Notes under the pieces: generated by a model | What the model saw: the letters and a program-made list of their open reading frames with translations, nothing else | What the model was told of the DNA's origin: nothing | Databases searched by the model: none | Made by a program: the position numbers and the translations under genes | In this document: in pieces, positions 1 to 11,300 of the stretch | Position numbering within the stretch: the first letter of the stretch is position 1 | Layout: the number at the start of each line of letters is the position of its first letter | Assembly: GCA_900088475.1 (NCBI GenBank) | Contig: FLMG01003999.1 | Coordinates: forward strand, 62,001 to 126,000 | Source: Hyphochytrium catenoides | Taxonomy: Eukaryota > Protista > Hyphochytriomycota | DNA length: 64,000 nt | Reading direction: 5' to 3'

Positions 1-989
1 TTGTAGAATGGTGACTGCGGAGACGATAAGGAGAGCAATTACAGGCAGTGATTCGTGGGGGCGGCGCCCGGCTATATACGGACGGGGAACATTACAGGCA
101 GCTTTATTACCGAGGCCAACGAAAGGTCCTCCCTGCTAGATTATTGATTGAAGAAAATGAGTCAGGAGCGAGAATGAGGGAAGAAGAGCACCACCACGCG
201 GCTACTAAAGCACTCCCTATCGCTCAAGCTTGGCCTTGGCTTCAGAGTTTTAAAATGCTCACGCTGCCAACGCATTGTAAGGCACAGAACATTGTCCCAC
301 GAACAAGAAGAGAAGAGCCGAAGCGAGCGACCTTTCCACGGATAGAAAATGCGGAAGAGAAGGCTCTTCATCAAATGTCATATGAGTGTGCAGGGGAACT
401 GCTGAAGAGTCGCAAGAACACCCATGTAGCTCCCTAGCATCGGCTACATCCGTATCGTTTTGTTTCTTTGACGTATGTCAATCCTGTTGTTCCTCTCCTC
501 TCCCTCCACCTCATATTCCTTGTGTGTGTCTTCCATCCCTCTGTCTCTCTCGTGGTATTATTACTCGCTCTCTGGTGTTCCCGTCCCCTCCCCCTGCCGC
601 CAGCAATAAAACAGTAGTGGTAGATGCCGGTTGCAACTCCAACGACCGGTAGTAGAACTAGTAGTCACGGATGGTTTCTCTTCTTTCCGATGACATCTCC
701 GCCAGCAGCCTCTAAACGGCTTCGTAGGTGTTAGTCCTTAGAGTCTGCGACACCACCACCACCAGCAGCAGTAGAACAATGGGCCCAGCGGGCAGCGCTG
801 TACACCTAGGACTAAGAGTGCACGAAAAGGGGGGCTGAAGGATGGCCCCAGTGACCGCCCAGTGACGGCACTGGCAGAATAAAGCGCAACAACAACAACG
901 AACAGCGGGTTTGGTCTCGGGTCTTCTCTATGAAGTGGTGGAGTACAACTCACCAACATTGCACATACACAATGTACACTACCGTTTTA

Positions 990-1290
990 TAAAAGGCACG
1001 CTGTTGCATTATTGGAAGTAAGAGAAGAGAGAACAAGAGAAGAGAGAGACAGACAGGCAGACAATTCTTCGAGAGACAGCAACCGAGAGAAGAGAAGAAA
1101 AGAGGAGAGAAAAAGACGAGGAAGAGAGACAAATAGGCGGCAGACCGACGGGACAACACAGAGAATAGGAGGAGGAGAGAGGAGGAATAATAGAGGAGAC
1201 AAGACAAGAGAGAGGAGAGACAGGCGACAGATAGAAGTCTAGCAAAGAAAGAGAAAGAGGAAGAGAGGAGAAAGAGAGAGGGACAGAATC
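990..1290. repeat. GA-rich low-complexity tract
   Basis: Near-pure purine run (agagaagagagaacaagagaag...). It generates spurious Leu/Ser and Arg/Glu ORFs. Confidence 0.7.
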
Positions 1291-2829
1291 GTAGCAATTT
1301 AGTTAGTGTGCATTATTACCAGCAAAAGGAGCAGCGGAGGAGTGGCCATCCGAGGCGGAAGAAGGACGACTTTGCGGAAGGTGATGATAGAAGACTCTTC
1401 TCTTCTTTACTACTTTTTCATTTTACTATTACTGCTAATGGTAATCAAAGAAGGACGACGAGAACAGTCATTGCTCCTTCGACGGCAAGCTCGCTGTGAT
1501 GAGAAAGGTACAGAAAAGATCATCCCTCCTCCTAGTATGGTCATTCTTCCTCTTCTCGGAAGATAGTCGACACGAGGACTACAAGAAGTCCGGCAATTCA
1601 CATCTGCAATCTTCTTTTTCCTCAACACTGCCGCCATCCCGCAGTCCCAGTTAAAGCTGCTCCTTTCTTTATTCTCCATCTCCAACACTGTCGTGCTTGC
1701 GTCATTCCTTTCCTCCTAGTAGCTTCTTTATCACGAAAGGTCGTATCCTATTGCGCGCAGAAAAAAGTAATAGACCTTATCTTCTGCTGTCGACCTCGTA
1801 GATACAATTTTTCTTGGAGCAGCTCTTCTTCTCGCTTCCTTATTGTCGTTATTTATCGTTTCCTTACTAGTAGGTGGTAGCCTGCGGTAGATCATCAGGA
1901 GCCGCTATGATGCCCCAGCTCCTGCGAGGTTCAGAGCCCTCTGAGCTTTGCTACCAATAGGAGGCTTGGGTGCTATTGCTCAGTCAATCACAACGCCGTC
2001 CCTGTGTACTGCAGGTGGCGCCAGTGGCGCCCTGGACAAAGGCCAACAGTTGCCAGCTAGTTTACCATCAGAGTCTAAGAAACTTCAATTCTGGCAAAAC
2101 CAACTCAGTCTCTACCACGCCTCCCGAGCCGTCAAATCGAGGTCCACATCAATAACATCCGACGATGCTGTGGTGGCTACTTTAAGCGACACAGATTTCA
2201 TCGAAATGTAGCCCGAACTATTATGACCGAGGGAGGGCGCCAGCTAGGCTCCTTGAGAGATGTTATAAACTAAAAGAGCGAATTCCGCTCAAGGTTGCAG
2301 GGTATAATCAAAAGCTTGGTTATGGGGCTAGTGCAATGGGCATGACTGCAGTAGTGAGCGCTACTATCTTGATCCTTACCCATAGCAGGACGGCGTCTCC
2401 TTGTGAAAATGAGGTCCACGTATATCGCGTCGTTCTTCTGTGATCCAAGTCCATTGACCATGACTGCCAGTAGTCTCAGTCACTGACTGATCATGACCAG
2501 TGCTGAGCACCATCAGAAGGAGGTAACGAGCTTATAATGAACATCTCGTAGTAAGGGCGAGAAAATTGATAAACCACCATCTACGAGCTAACAGGCAGTT
2601 TGAGAGCATAGCAGCGAGCGTCTTTCGGAGTCACCTACAACTCAGAAGGTGACGAAGCTGACTTCATCATCACCAGCGAACCTCAAACTGCTTCTTGATC
2701 AAAAGCTGGGAAACCTTCCGGTGGGCATGTCTGACGTATAGACTGGTACTCTCTCGAGGATGGCTTGCCTCCTATCCTCCACGATTGGCAAAGCCATAAT
2801 CTCATATGTTGGGATGCGTTTTGGAACCC

Positions 2830-5800
2830 CTAGATGGAGTTTTGAACGACCTCGTACTCCGCTGTTTTTCGAGCGCTTCCATGCGCTTTAGGCGCCATAG
2901 GATCGAACAGGGCCTGGATTTCTTCCAGAGAAAGACCCTTGGTCTCAGGTAGATAGCGGTATAAGTAGACAAAGCCTGTAACGCTATCGTTAGATCTGGC
3001 ATCACTACCCAGCAATAGTCTTCGCTCACCTAGCGCGGCGACCGAACAGTAGACCCAGAAGGCATTGAGGGACCGGGAGAGTGAAAGAAATGTGAAAGCC
3101 ATAATTAGATTTGCTATCCAGTTCACTGTCGTAGTGACGCTGTTCCCAATAGAACGAGCATGAAGGGAGAATATTTCGCTGTTTATAGTCCACGGCATTG
3201 GCCCTAACAATTACCAGCTGATGTGAGCGGTCAAGAGATAGAGTCAGTGTGTGTTTATCTGTCCTTACCCATTCCAGGTGCGAAGAAAGCTAGAAAGAGG
3301 AAGAGAAGGGCAAAGATAGCCCAGCCGAAGGCTTTAGAGTCCTTCGGACAATCTAAATAGTGCCACTGGTCACCAGGGCAGTCAAACTTCGCCTCGGACC
3401 TATTGGTAGTGCCTGCGAGGCACAGTCCAGAGACATCTGCACAAGACAGAAGCTAAGTATGGCCAGTAGTACGCTGGGTTGTTCTTTGCATTCTTACTTG
3501 ACGTGTGACAGTAGCCGCAGTGCACATCAGAGACGCAACCAAAACAGCTTTGATACGGGGAGCACTTATCGTAGCCCACGACCACCTCCGATGAGCGATC
3601 GGCCTGGTAGAACGCTCCGCCCAGAAGGAAAAGCACAATCACCACTCCTCCCAAGCTGGCAAGGGTTAGCCTCCGACGGCCGAGTCTGAGGACAAAGAGG
3701 GCCAGCGAGGGCAACGGTTGAACAACGATTTTATCTCCAAAAGACCATACCACTTCTCAAGAAGAGGAGTACATAGCGAGGGCAACGGCTCAACAACGAT
3801 TTTATCTGCACAAGACCATACCACTTCAAGAAAAGGAGTACATATGCAGAGGCCCAAGCCGCTCTTACAGAGAATGGACAGATTGAGAGGAGCGGTTTAG
3901 CGACGGAAATCCTTCGGAAGACTAAAGGGTAGAATAGCAGTTTACCTGTCGACCAGATAGATACCTAACAGGGTGAATAGGAAGTTGCTAAAAGCGACAA
4001 CCGCGGAAAGCCAAATGGCTGTCTTCTGATTGGTGAATCCTGCCATTTGAAGGATGGTTGCCCCATAATACATAAGAGTATTGATCCCGCAAAACTGCTG
4101 CAGAGCCTGCACAGATTAATGGGAAAGAGTCCAAGGCTGATTATCATCTGTTTTAAATAAAAAGAATATAACTATACTGGCCAATGGAGTACCTGCAAGG
4201 TACACCCCAAATACAGCGCTGACATGAAGGAAGAGGAGTAGAAGAGCTCGCGGAAAGACTTCTGGTGCTCCCTTTGACCAAACGAAGCCTTGATCTCTTC
4301 AACTTCTTGTCCAACATCTGCCTTGCCCCTTACTTTCTGTAGCACCAGTCTGTTAAGGATGTTAGAGACCTCTGCTGAATAAAGAGGAGAGGAGAGTATT
4401 ACCTTGCATCGTCTTCGCGCTCGTTTAAAATAAGCCATCTGGGAGACTCTGCCGTGCGAGGGGGTGGGCAGTGAGATCATTGAGACAAAGCACTATTCCA
4501 GAGGTCACGCAGCTAGCAGTACCTGGTAGGAATATGAAGAGGAGAAATTGTCCTAACGATGGCAAAGCAGAAAGGCCCAGCATCAATCGCCAGCTATGCG
4601 GGACATCAGCCAGGGCGCCAGTTACGATGCTAGCTATAAACTGTCCACCTTTGGGGATAATAAATCAACACTAGATTTAGCAAAAGGAACCGACTCACAC
4701 TAGAACTCCACAAGCGAATATAACAGCACTCCTAGATTGGCGGGAGAAGCGCTATAAACAGAAACCACTTACTTCGGAGATGGGAACATCTCTCTATTCA
4801 TGCGTGACCATAAGACAGCCCGAAGCCGCAGTGGGGATAGATAAGAGAGTCAACTAGTAGAATAGACGTACCAGTGATGAACACATTGTTAAGCGTGACA
4901 AGGGACCCTCTAGTCTCTGCCGAAGTCAGATGGGCGAGATGAAGGGAACCGTAGGGATGTGAGTCTGCTGCTGCCTTTAAACTTGGGCAAGCGGTCTCAC
5001 CTGCCGTAGATATCTCTGAAATGTATACTGGAACTACGACCAGACAAGATTTGAAGAGCAAAGGTCAGCTACTCGTCAGAGGGCAGGACGAAGAGACCTT
5101 TTACCTGTCATGGAGGAGACTCCCACTGCCAGGCCCACAATCCACCTTCCACTAACAAGCCAAGCTACTGTCCTCGCCGTTCCCATCCAGAGGCCACCTG
5201 TCAGACGACACGAGTCCCGTCACTAATGGAACCCTCGATCTTTAGGTCCCAATCTATTTCCATAAATCTGACGTGTAACCAGCCTTTCTTCGCCCTGAGA
5301 ACTACTACTCTTCCTGTCAATCTATCTGCAAACGGGAGTGCTCATGGTGCTAATATCTAGCTCCTACCCATACCAAGAGTAAAAGTCAAAGAAGAAGCAA
5401 GAATGGAGAAGCGGCGGCCAAAAATTGAGTTGAGCAGTCCACCCGCCACAGCGCCGACGATAGCTCCAACGATGGTGATTGAGACCACGAGCTCCTTCTT
5501 CTCATCAGAGAGATCAAACTCTTCAGGCGAAGCCAAGAGGACCAGAGCACCAGATATCACGCCCTGTTTGTGCCCACGAGTGTTGAATATCAGACTCAGA
5601 CAAAGGAGCAGGAAAGGACTTCATTTGCGCAGAGTATACCGTGTCATAGCCGAACATAAAGCCTCCCATGGCAGAACTGACAGTGAGTAGATAGAGAAAG
5701 CCCTGGCTTTGAGGAGGATCGAGGGTGCCCAGGCCCCTCACTTCATGAACGATAACCTCATCTCCAGTGGAACGGGTGGACTTATCAGCGAGAACGGCGG

Positions 5801-5840
5801 TGTCGCCATCTTCGGCCGGCGTTGCAGTCTTAGAAGTCAT
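2830..5840 (-). CDS. MFS sugar porter, myo-inositol transporter-like (HMIT/INT type), multi-exon
   Basis: Spliced fragments give sugar-porter motifs: GGFMFGYDTG-VISGAL, FGRRFSIL, VPVYISEIS..ETRGSLVTLN, LVDRLGRRRLTL, GPMPWTINSEIF, YLPETKGLSLEEI. A Cys-rich loop (CSPYQSCFGCVSDVHCGYC) matches the HMIT/INT type. ATG at 5840, TAG at 2830-2832. Confidence 0.9.
3704..3844. repeat. Two-copy ~71-bp tandem duplication inside a transporter intron
   Basis: agcgagggcaacgg..aacaacgattttatct..a.aagaccataccacttc..aagaa.aggagtacat starts at 3704 and again at 3775. Confidence 0.9.
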
Positions 5841-6964
5841 TCGCCTCTAGCAGCCTCTGTATAGATGAGAGGTCCAACTCAACCCCAGCCAGAGTATGCT
5901 CTCAACTTTCCTGACTCTGCTTCGCTAATCAGAGGCTGATCTGTTAGTTAGCATCCTGCGGTGTTGTCAAAGCAGGAGCCAAGATTGAAGGCTATGACGG
6001 AAGTCCATTAGCATGCAAAGAAGTGATCATCAGATTGTGGATGAAGTCTTCTTGTCTTCTTGGACGCAATGAAGCTGTGGGAGAGACTGATCAGGAGAGA
6101 GTCCTAACTTCAAAGACCATTGTGTCAGCTTTGCTTCAATCCCGAAGCTAAAGGACATCGGTCCGATTGTAAACAAAGTGATACCTTGAAAAGACTGGCA
6201 CTTGTCTTGATAGTTCTAATCTTGGGATACTTGGTGTTGTTTTATTTTCGGTATAGTCTGTTCGAAAGGTTACCGACGAGCTTTGTCATCAGCACCTCGA
6301 AACCTCGACGCATGAGACGCAGCTCTTACGGCGCCTCAAAGTGAGGCATGAGGGCAGAGTGATAGAGCAGCATCGAGAAGTGTAAATGTGAAGATGAAGG
6401 TTGAGGGCAGGAATGGAAAGGACTATCAGAGAAGTTGGTTTTAGAAGAGCAGCTACGTGGTAACACAGCTAAAGGATAATACGCATCCACCAAAGCTGGG
6501 AACTAAAGAAGTCTATCGCAGAGACAAAGGTCAGCAAGTGAACAAGGCGCAGCTGTAAGTGCTCACAGCAGTGTCAAATGGAAGATGGGCACCTTCACAA
6601 CGCATAAGACTGCATAGGCGGCTTAGGAACGATTTGACGATATATAACCAGCGTACCGCAAGGGCAGGAGTTTGGCAGGGCCAGACCTATCACTTGGACC
6701 CCACCACGCAAACTTCCTCACTCTAAGAGAGATGACTGCGTTAGAGTGTCCTCCTTACGGATTCCGCTGTGCGAGCTGAATCGGTGCCGGGTAAATTGGC
6801 CTGACAGGATCCAAACGCTACGGTCAATGGCAACAAAGGGTACTTTACTGCCTTCTTGCTTTTAGAAGTTTTAGAAGTTTTAGGGATGGGGGAGAGGAGC
6901 ACCCCATCTTCCTCTTCCTGCTAGTGCGTGCTGAGTAATTAGGGAATTCTCTATATGACCTATC

Positions 6965-9900
6965 CTAAGCCGAGCCATCTTCAGCCTCCGGACTTTGAGC
7001 TAAGTAGACTAACTGCCGTGGGTTCAGCTGGAAGCGCGCGCCTTTCAACCTTAAACATCGGTGAAACTCGACTATCTCTAGCCCATGCGACAGAGAGTCA
7101 GGATGGTATGCTTCTCCCTTTAAGGTGTAGCTCTGTCCTGTCGCTTTTTCTTGGCCGTCGCTAGGCAGGATGGTGTACGAGCAGTTTCCTATAATCGACC
7201 GCTCGTAGATGACCAGTCTCCCATAGCAGGAGTCGACCTCGAAGCTTATTTTCTCAGGACTAATCTGCATCTTCTCCAAGTCTCTGTAGTTCTGGTCGCC
7301 AAAACCTATACCTCGGAAGGCTCGCGCATCTCCATACCGCTTCTCTTGAGCAGTCATTTGAACATTAGAGCAGGAGACATGCCAAGGCGAGTAGAATCGC
7401 TGCAGAGTAGTGTCTCCGAGTTTGGGTACGAAGTTAACCTCCAGCGGCGCCAATAAGCCAAAAGAGTTAGCAATGCCGTTAACATCCCAGCCGCCCACCT
7501 CCTCAATGTCTAGCAAGATGACAAAGTCCGCGGCCCGCTTCGAGACTTCCTGAAGAAGCTGATTTCGTAGCGCCGCTGCTTTCCCTGTAGGCGTTCGACT
7601 GCCCTCAAACATAATCCTTGAGACGCGGTCGTTCCTTCTGACCCAAGAAGAAATGATCTTCTCCTCAAAGCCTGACGAGCCTTCTTCTAAAATAACAACC
7701 GAATAGCTCTTGAATCTTCTGCCGGTCCTCTCTAGACGTGCAACGTTATATTCATAGCTAAAGGCCGAGTTTGGAGTATCCGTCAGTATCAGACCAAAAA
7801 CCACAGAGAGCTCTCGCATTCGATTGAAGCCCAGTGCTTGAGTCTTGCCCATGTCATCGGTCTCTGAACCAGCTGCGCTCAGAAATGGCTCAAAGCCGTC
7901 TCTGTCATCTCTGCCCAAAGAAGCCAATTCCTTGGTGGTAACGTAGCCCTTCGTGTCACAAGAGAAGAGGCAATGACTCCTAAAGCGCCGAATACCTTCG
8001 CCAGCAAAGCCGAGGAGAGTCTTCTCGAAGTCTCGAAGACTCTCATCGTCCCGCATAGAAAAAAACTTCGCATGATCGTGCATGTAGTAGCAAAACATCT
8101 TCCACTCCTTCACATTCAGATACCCACCACCGCGGTACTCAGTATAGTACTCCCACGACAGCTGCCGCCCAGCGCTGGACCCTAGCTTGGCCATGTTTCG
8201 GTGCATAAACAGCACCTGTCTCATAGGATCAAACTGGACCATGGTATTGCCGCAGAACTTGCCTTCTACTATCTTCCCAGCCGTTCCTGGATAGTCCATC
8301 ATGAAGAAGGGAGTACGGCTCTTCATCCATGCCAGCCTAAACATATCCTTGTCACCCCAGGTGAAATAGGGGAAAACATGACTGTTTTTTACGAAGAACT
8401 CTAGGTACTTCAGTGCCTTGCTACAGCGGCGCCGGTCTACAACTAGCTGTCCGCTCTCTTGTTCGTAACTCTCGGAGTAGTCCAGGTCCAACATCTTCCA
8501 AAGAATACTCTGCGCATCAATGTCGGCAAACATGAAGTTTTCAACATTCCAATAATCAGGCCAGAAGATGGCGCCGTTGTTCTGATACTCAAGGCTGTCG
8601 AAGAGGTATTCCGGATTCCTGACTGGAAAACTGTCCGCGTCCAGCAGGACCAGTTGATCAAAGGAGCTATGAACAACAGCATAAGGCTTGATAAGGAAGC
8701 CCTTTAGTTGATATGATGTGCTGTCTACAACACGGAAAGTGACATTGTGGTACGCAGAGGCTAGGAGGTTGGTGACCGTCGGGTTGCGAGTAAGCTCGTC
8801 GTCCATGGACCATACTTCAATGGGCAAAGTGCATTTGTAGGACATAAGAAGCCTGAACAAACTGTACGCGTTGAGCCAAATGTCTTCATGGACGCAGACA
8901 ACGATGCCGCGGTTTACCTTTGCAGTTTGAGTTAGCTTAGATGCACCCACGGCTTCAGAATCATAGAACCCCACGGTCATGGCGAATCTCCGAACAGCTC
9001 GAGAAAATTTCATCAGGTCAGGCACAAAGTTGCATTCGAAGTGCCTGAAGGACTTGCAGCCATGTGGAGTGAAGCCAAATGATTCCTGAGTTTCCTCGTT
9101 GTAAAACTCACAGTACCCAGACTGAGAAAAGACGGGGTCGCTACAATTCGCGTCAAGATAGCTCCGCTGATGAAGCGGATTGCAATCCAAGGTGCGGCGC
9201 AAGCCTCGACACTTCAAAGCTCTGGCGTTATTTTCAAAGAGTTGAATCGCCTCTTCATAGTCTTGGACGATGCGGAAGCGGTTCCAGTACCAAGTCAAAG
9301 GATCTTGACAAGACGCGTTACCACGGGCAGTTGTCTGGTTGAGGTGGAGACGGTAAAGAATACTTTGTTCGGCGTTGTAGTACTCACACCAGCCATGGAA
9401 GGGAAGCTGGAAAGAGACATCACAGGTGAGATCTCTTTGGGGGACGCGGATCTGTGCTCGTTTATCCAGCGCTCTGAGGCCCACGCAAGAGAAGCTTCTC
9501 TTACTCCGCACGTTTTCATACTCTGCCTGGGAAGAGAGGGCATAAGTGGCGGTCGGTGTTGCTGCGCCTTCTCCGTCTGTACGCAGTAATCCTTCGCATG
9601 TGAAAATGGCATCCGTGCCAACAGTAGCAGTCGCTTGAAACTTGTAAAGCTTATCGTTGATATCTTTGTACTCGCAGTACCCCGTGCCAACCGTGTAGTG
9701 TTTGCAAGGAGCATCCAGGGCAGGAACCCGGCTACCGGGATAAGAGGTCGCGTCCCAGCCACGGTACCCAATACATTCGAAGCCTCCACCGCCTTCGCGA
9801 AAGACCCGGAGTTTCTCCAAGCTTTCAACCACCTCGTACTTGATGGAGGGTAAGAAGCTCAGTAGATCCCTGCAGCGGAAAGGACCGGTTCGCTCCTCAC

Positions 9901-10363
9901 AGGTCTGACCCAACACGAGTATTGACTGGTTACTTCTTAGGTCCGCGAACTCGCAGTAGCCAGAGCGTTTCTTTGAGACGATGGCATCACAAGGTAAATC
10001 TTCTAAGGGGTTGCGGGGATGATAGCGCTGACAATGACTAGTCCCGCGCCAAGCGACACATTGGAAGTGTGGAGTGTGCCAAAAGCGGCTAAGATCTGAC
10101 TCAGAAGATATAATGAGGGCAGTCTGCTGAAGAGAGGGAGTTTCTAAATAGAGGTTGTCGGGGCTGTGCAGTTCTAAGGATAACCCCAGAAAAATAACAA
10201 CCAGGCCCCCCAACAAGAGGAGCAGCACCCATATCCGAAGAGGAAGTCGACCAAGGAGAGCCAGAATGCAGCTACCAATCTTCTTCGCGTATTGTTGCCA
10301 TAAAGATCCAGGCCGTGGACCTTGAGAGAGCCTCCTGTACCGGAGAGGAGAACTTGGACTCAT
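6965..10363 (-). CDS. GT71 (MNN2/MNN5-like) alpha-mannosyltransferase, type II membrane, with 4 N-terminal Cys-rich repeats and a C-terminal CAP59/GT69-like domain; intronless
   Basis: Single 1132-aa ORF with an N-terminal TM segment (aa ~43-63). GT71 motifs: RGIVVC, LPIEVW, IKPYAVVHSSFDQLVLLDADSFPVRNPEYLF, GAIFWPDYW, EQESGQLVVDR, GDKDMFRLAW, GNTMVQFDP..FMHRN. Confidence 0.9.
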   Translation of the reverse strand: MSPSSPLRYRRLSQGPRPGSLWQQYAKKIGSCILALLGRLPLRIWVLLLLLGGLVVIFLGLSLELHSPDNLYLETPSLQQTALIISSESDLSRFWHTPHFQCVAWRGTSHCQRYHPRNPLEDLPCDAIVSKKRSGYCEFADLRSNQSILVLGQTCEERTGPFRCRDLLSFLPSIKYEVVESLEKLRVFREGGGGFECIGYRGWDATSYPGSRVPALDAPCKHYTVGTGYCEYKDINDKLYKFQATATVGTDAIFTCEGLLRTDGEGAATPTATYALSSQAEYENVRSKRSFSCVGLRALDKRAQIRVPQRDLTCDVSFQLPFHGWCEYYNAEQSILYRLHLNQTTARGNASCQDPLTWYWNRFRIVQDYEEAIQLFENNARALKCRGLRRTLDCNPLHQRSYLDANCSDPVFSQSGYCEFYNEETQESFGFTPHGCKSFRHFECNFVPDLMKFSRAVRRFAMTVGFYDSEAVGASKLTQTAKVNRGIVVCVHEDIWLNAYSLFRLLMSYKCTLPIEVWSMDDELTRNPTVTNLLASAYHNVTFRVVDSTSYQLKGFLIKPYAVVHSSFDQLVLLDADSFPVRNPEYLFDSLEYQNNGAIFWPDYWNVENFMFADIDAQSILWKMLDLDYSESYEQESGQLVVDRRRCSKALKYLEFFVKNSHVFPYFTWGDKDMFRLAWMKSRTPFFMMDYPGTAGKIVEGKFCGNTMVQFDPMRQVLFMHRNMAKLGSSAGRQLSWEYYTEYRGGGYLNVKEWKMFCYYMHDHAKFFSMRDDESLRDFEKTLLGFAGEGIRRFRSHCLFSCDTKGYVTTKELASLGRDDRDGFEPFLSAAGSETDDMGKTQALGFNRMRELSVVFGLILTDTPNSAFSYEYNVARLERTGRRFKSYSVVILEEGSSGFEEKIISSWVRRNDRVSRIMFEGSRTPTGKAAALRNQLLQEVSKRAADFVILLDIEEVGGWDVNGIANSFGLLAPLEVNFVPKLGDTTLQRFYSPWHVSCSNVQMTAQEKRYGDARAFRGIGFGDQNYRDLEKMQISPEKISFEVDSCYGRLVIYERSIIGNCSYTILPSDGQEKATGQSYTLKGEAYHPDSLSHGLEIVEFHRCLRLKGARFQLNPRQLVYLAQSPEAEDGSA

Positions 10364-11064
10364 GACGCTCCGGACGGCAATGGCAGCCGGAGCCTAGTGG
10401 CGTAAACTAATGGGGCGAGGGTAAGAATTGACAGAGTCCATCTCAGTCTCTGCCAAACCTGCAAGGATCCAGGCCCAGGGTCATCATCCTTGGCTCCGTT
10501 CGTCTCACACTAGCTCTTTATTCTCCAAGGCCCCTCTGCAGCCCTTAGTATTGCTCGGCTAGCATCTAGGACGTTGAACGCAGAATGTACTTCAGCATCG
10601 GTATATAGGCAACCCCCCGCCCTTCCGCTTGGACGAAGTCGAGAGAGACGATCTCCTTCCGCTTTTGATCAGAAGCAGACTTCACCGTCCGTTGCTTTGA
10701 GCTTTTTGGAGATTATTGCAATTGTGTACCGTGTATCTGTAAAGGATCAGACGAGGTGGGAAAGGCCTTTTATGGGCTGCTCCACCACCTTCTAAAGTGT
10801 ACTGGGGCCCTATCAAGCACCAACACTGTCAGATTTAGAACCAGTACGCCTTAGCTTGACGTTTTACCGAATAGAGGTGATATGGGTATAGCCGTTAGCC
10901 GCCACTGCTACTCTACCTTCATTATGCCCATTTGCTGTGGTTGATGTGAGATTCGTCCTTCTTTGCATGTGTACAGAAGAGGCTGCTGCTGCTTCATTGC
11001 TGCCCCATCGTGCTTTCTAGTTGACTTGACATATTGGTACTTTGGTTATTTTTAGCGTCTACTA

Positions 11065-11300
11065 CTACTCAAACAAGAAGAAAGAGATGAAGAAGAAGAT
11101 AAAGAGAAGAAAGAGGAGGAGACGAAGAAGACGGAAGAAGAAGAAGAGACCACAAGAGCTATAAAGTCTTGATCTCATGGTCTCATTATCAACTCTATCT
11201 TCCCTACCGCTCCGTATTATTAGAGAAGAAGGAAGCATCATAGTTGAATCCCTCTGTAATACGAACGGGAGAAGAGAAAGAGGGGGAGGAGAAGGTGAAG
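11065..11300. repeat. GAA/GA-rich low-complexity tract
   Basis: Degenerate gaagaagaa/gagga runs in intergenic DNA. Confidence 0.55.

Noticed and set aside
950-1297. Hydrophobic Leu/Ser-rich and Arg/Glu-rich ORFs (also 25480-26079)
   Set aside because: Translations of GA/TC low-complexity DNA.
2040-2461. Possible spliced minus-strand gene or pseudogene fragment (MVNGLGSQK...)
   Set aside because: Splicing leads to in-frame stops and there is no recognisable homology.
6859-6885. Telomere-like TTTTAGAAG TTTTAGAAG TTTTAGGG
   Set aside because: Only one TTTAGGG unit; consistent with local slippage.
7151-9853. Many antisense or overlapping ORFs over the GT71 gene (and likewise over the USP gene)
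   Set aside because: Shadow frames of long coding exons with no independent motifs.
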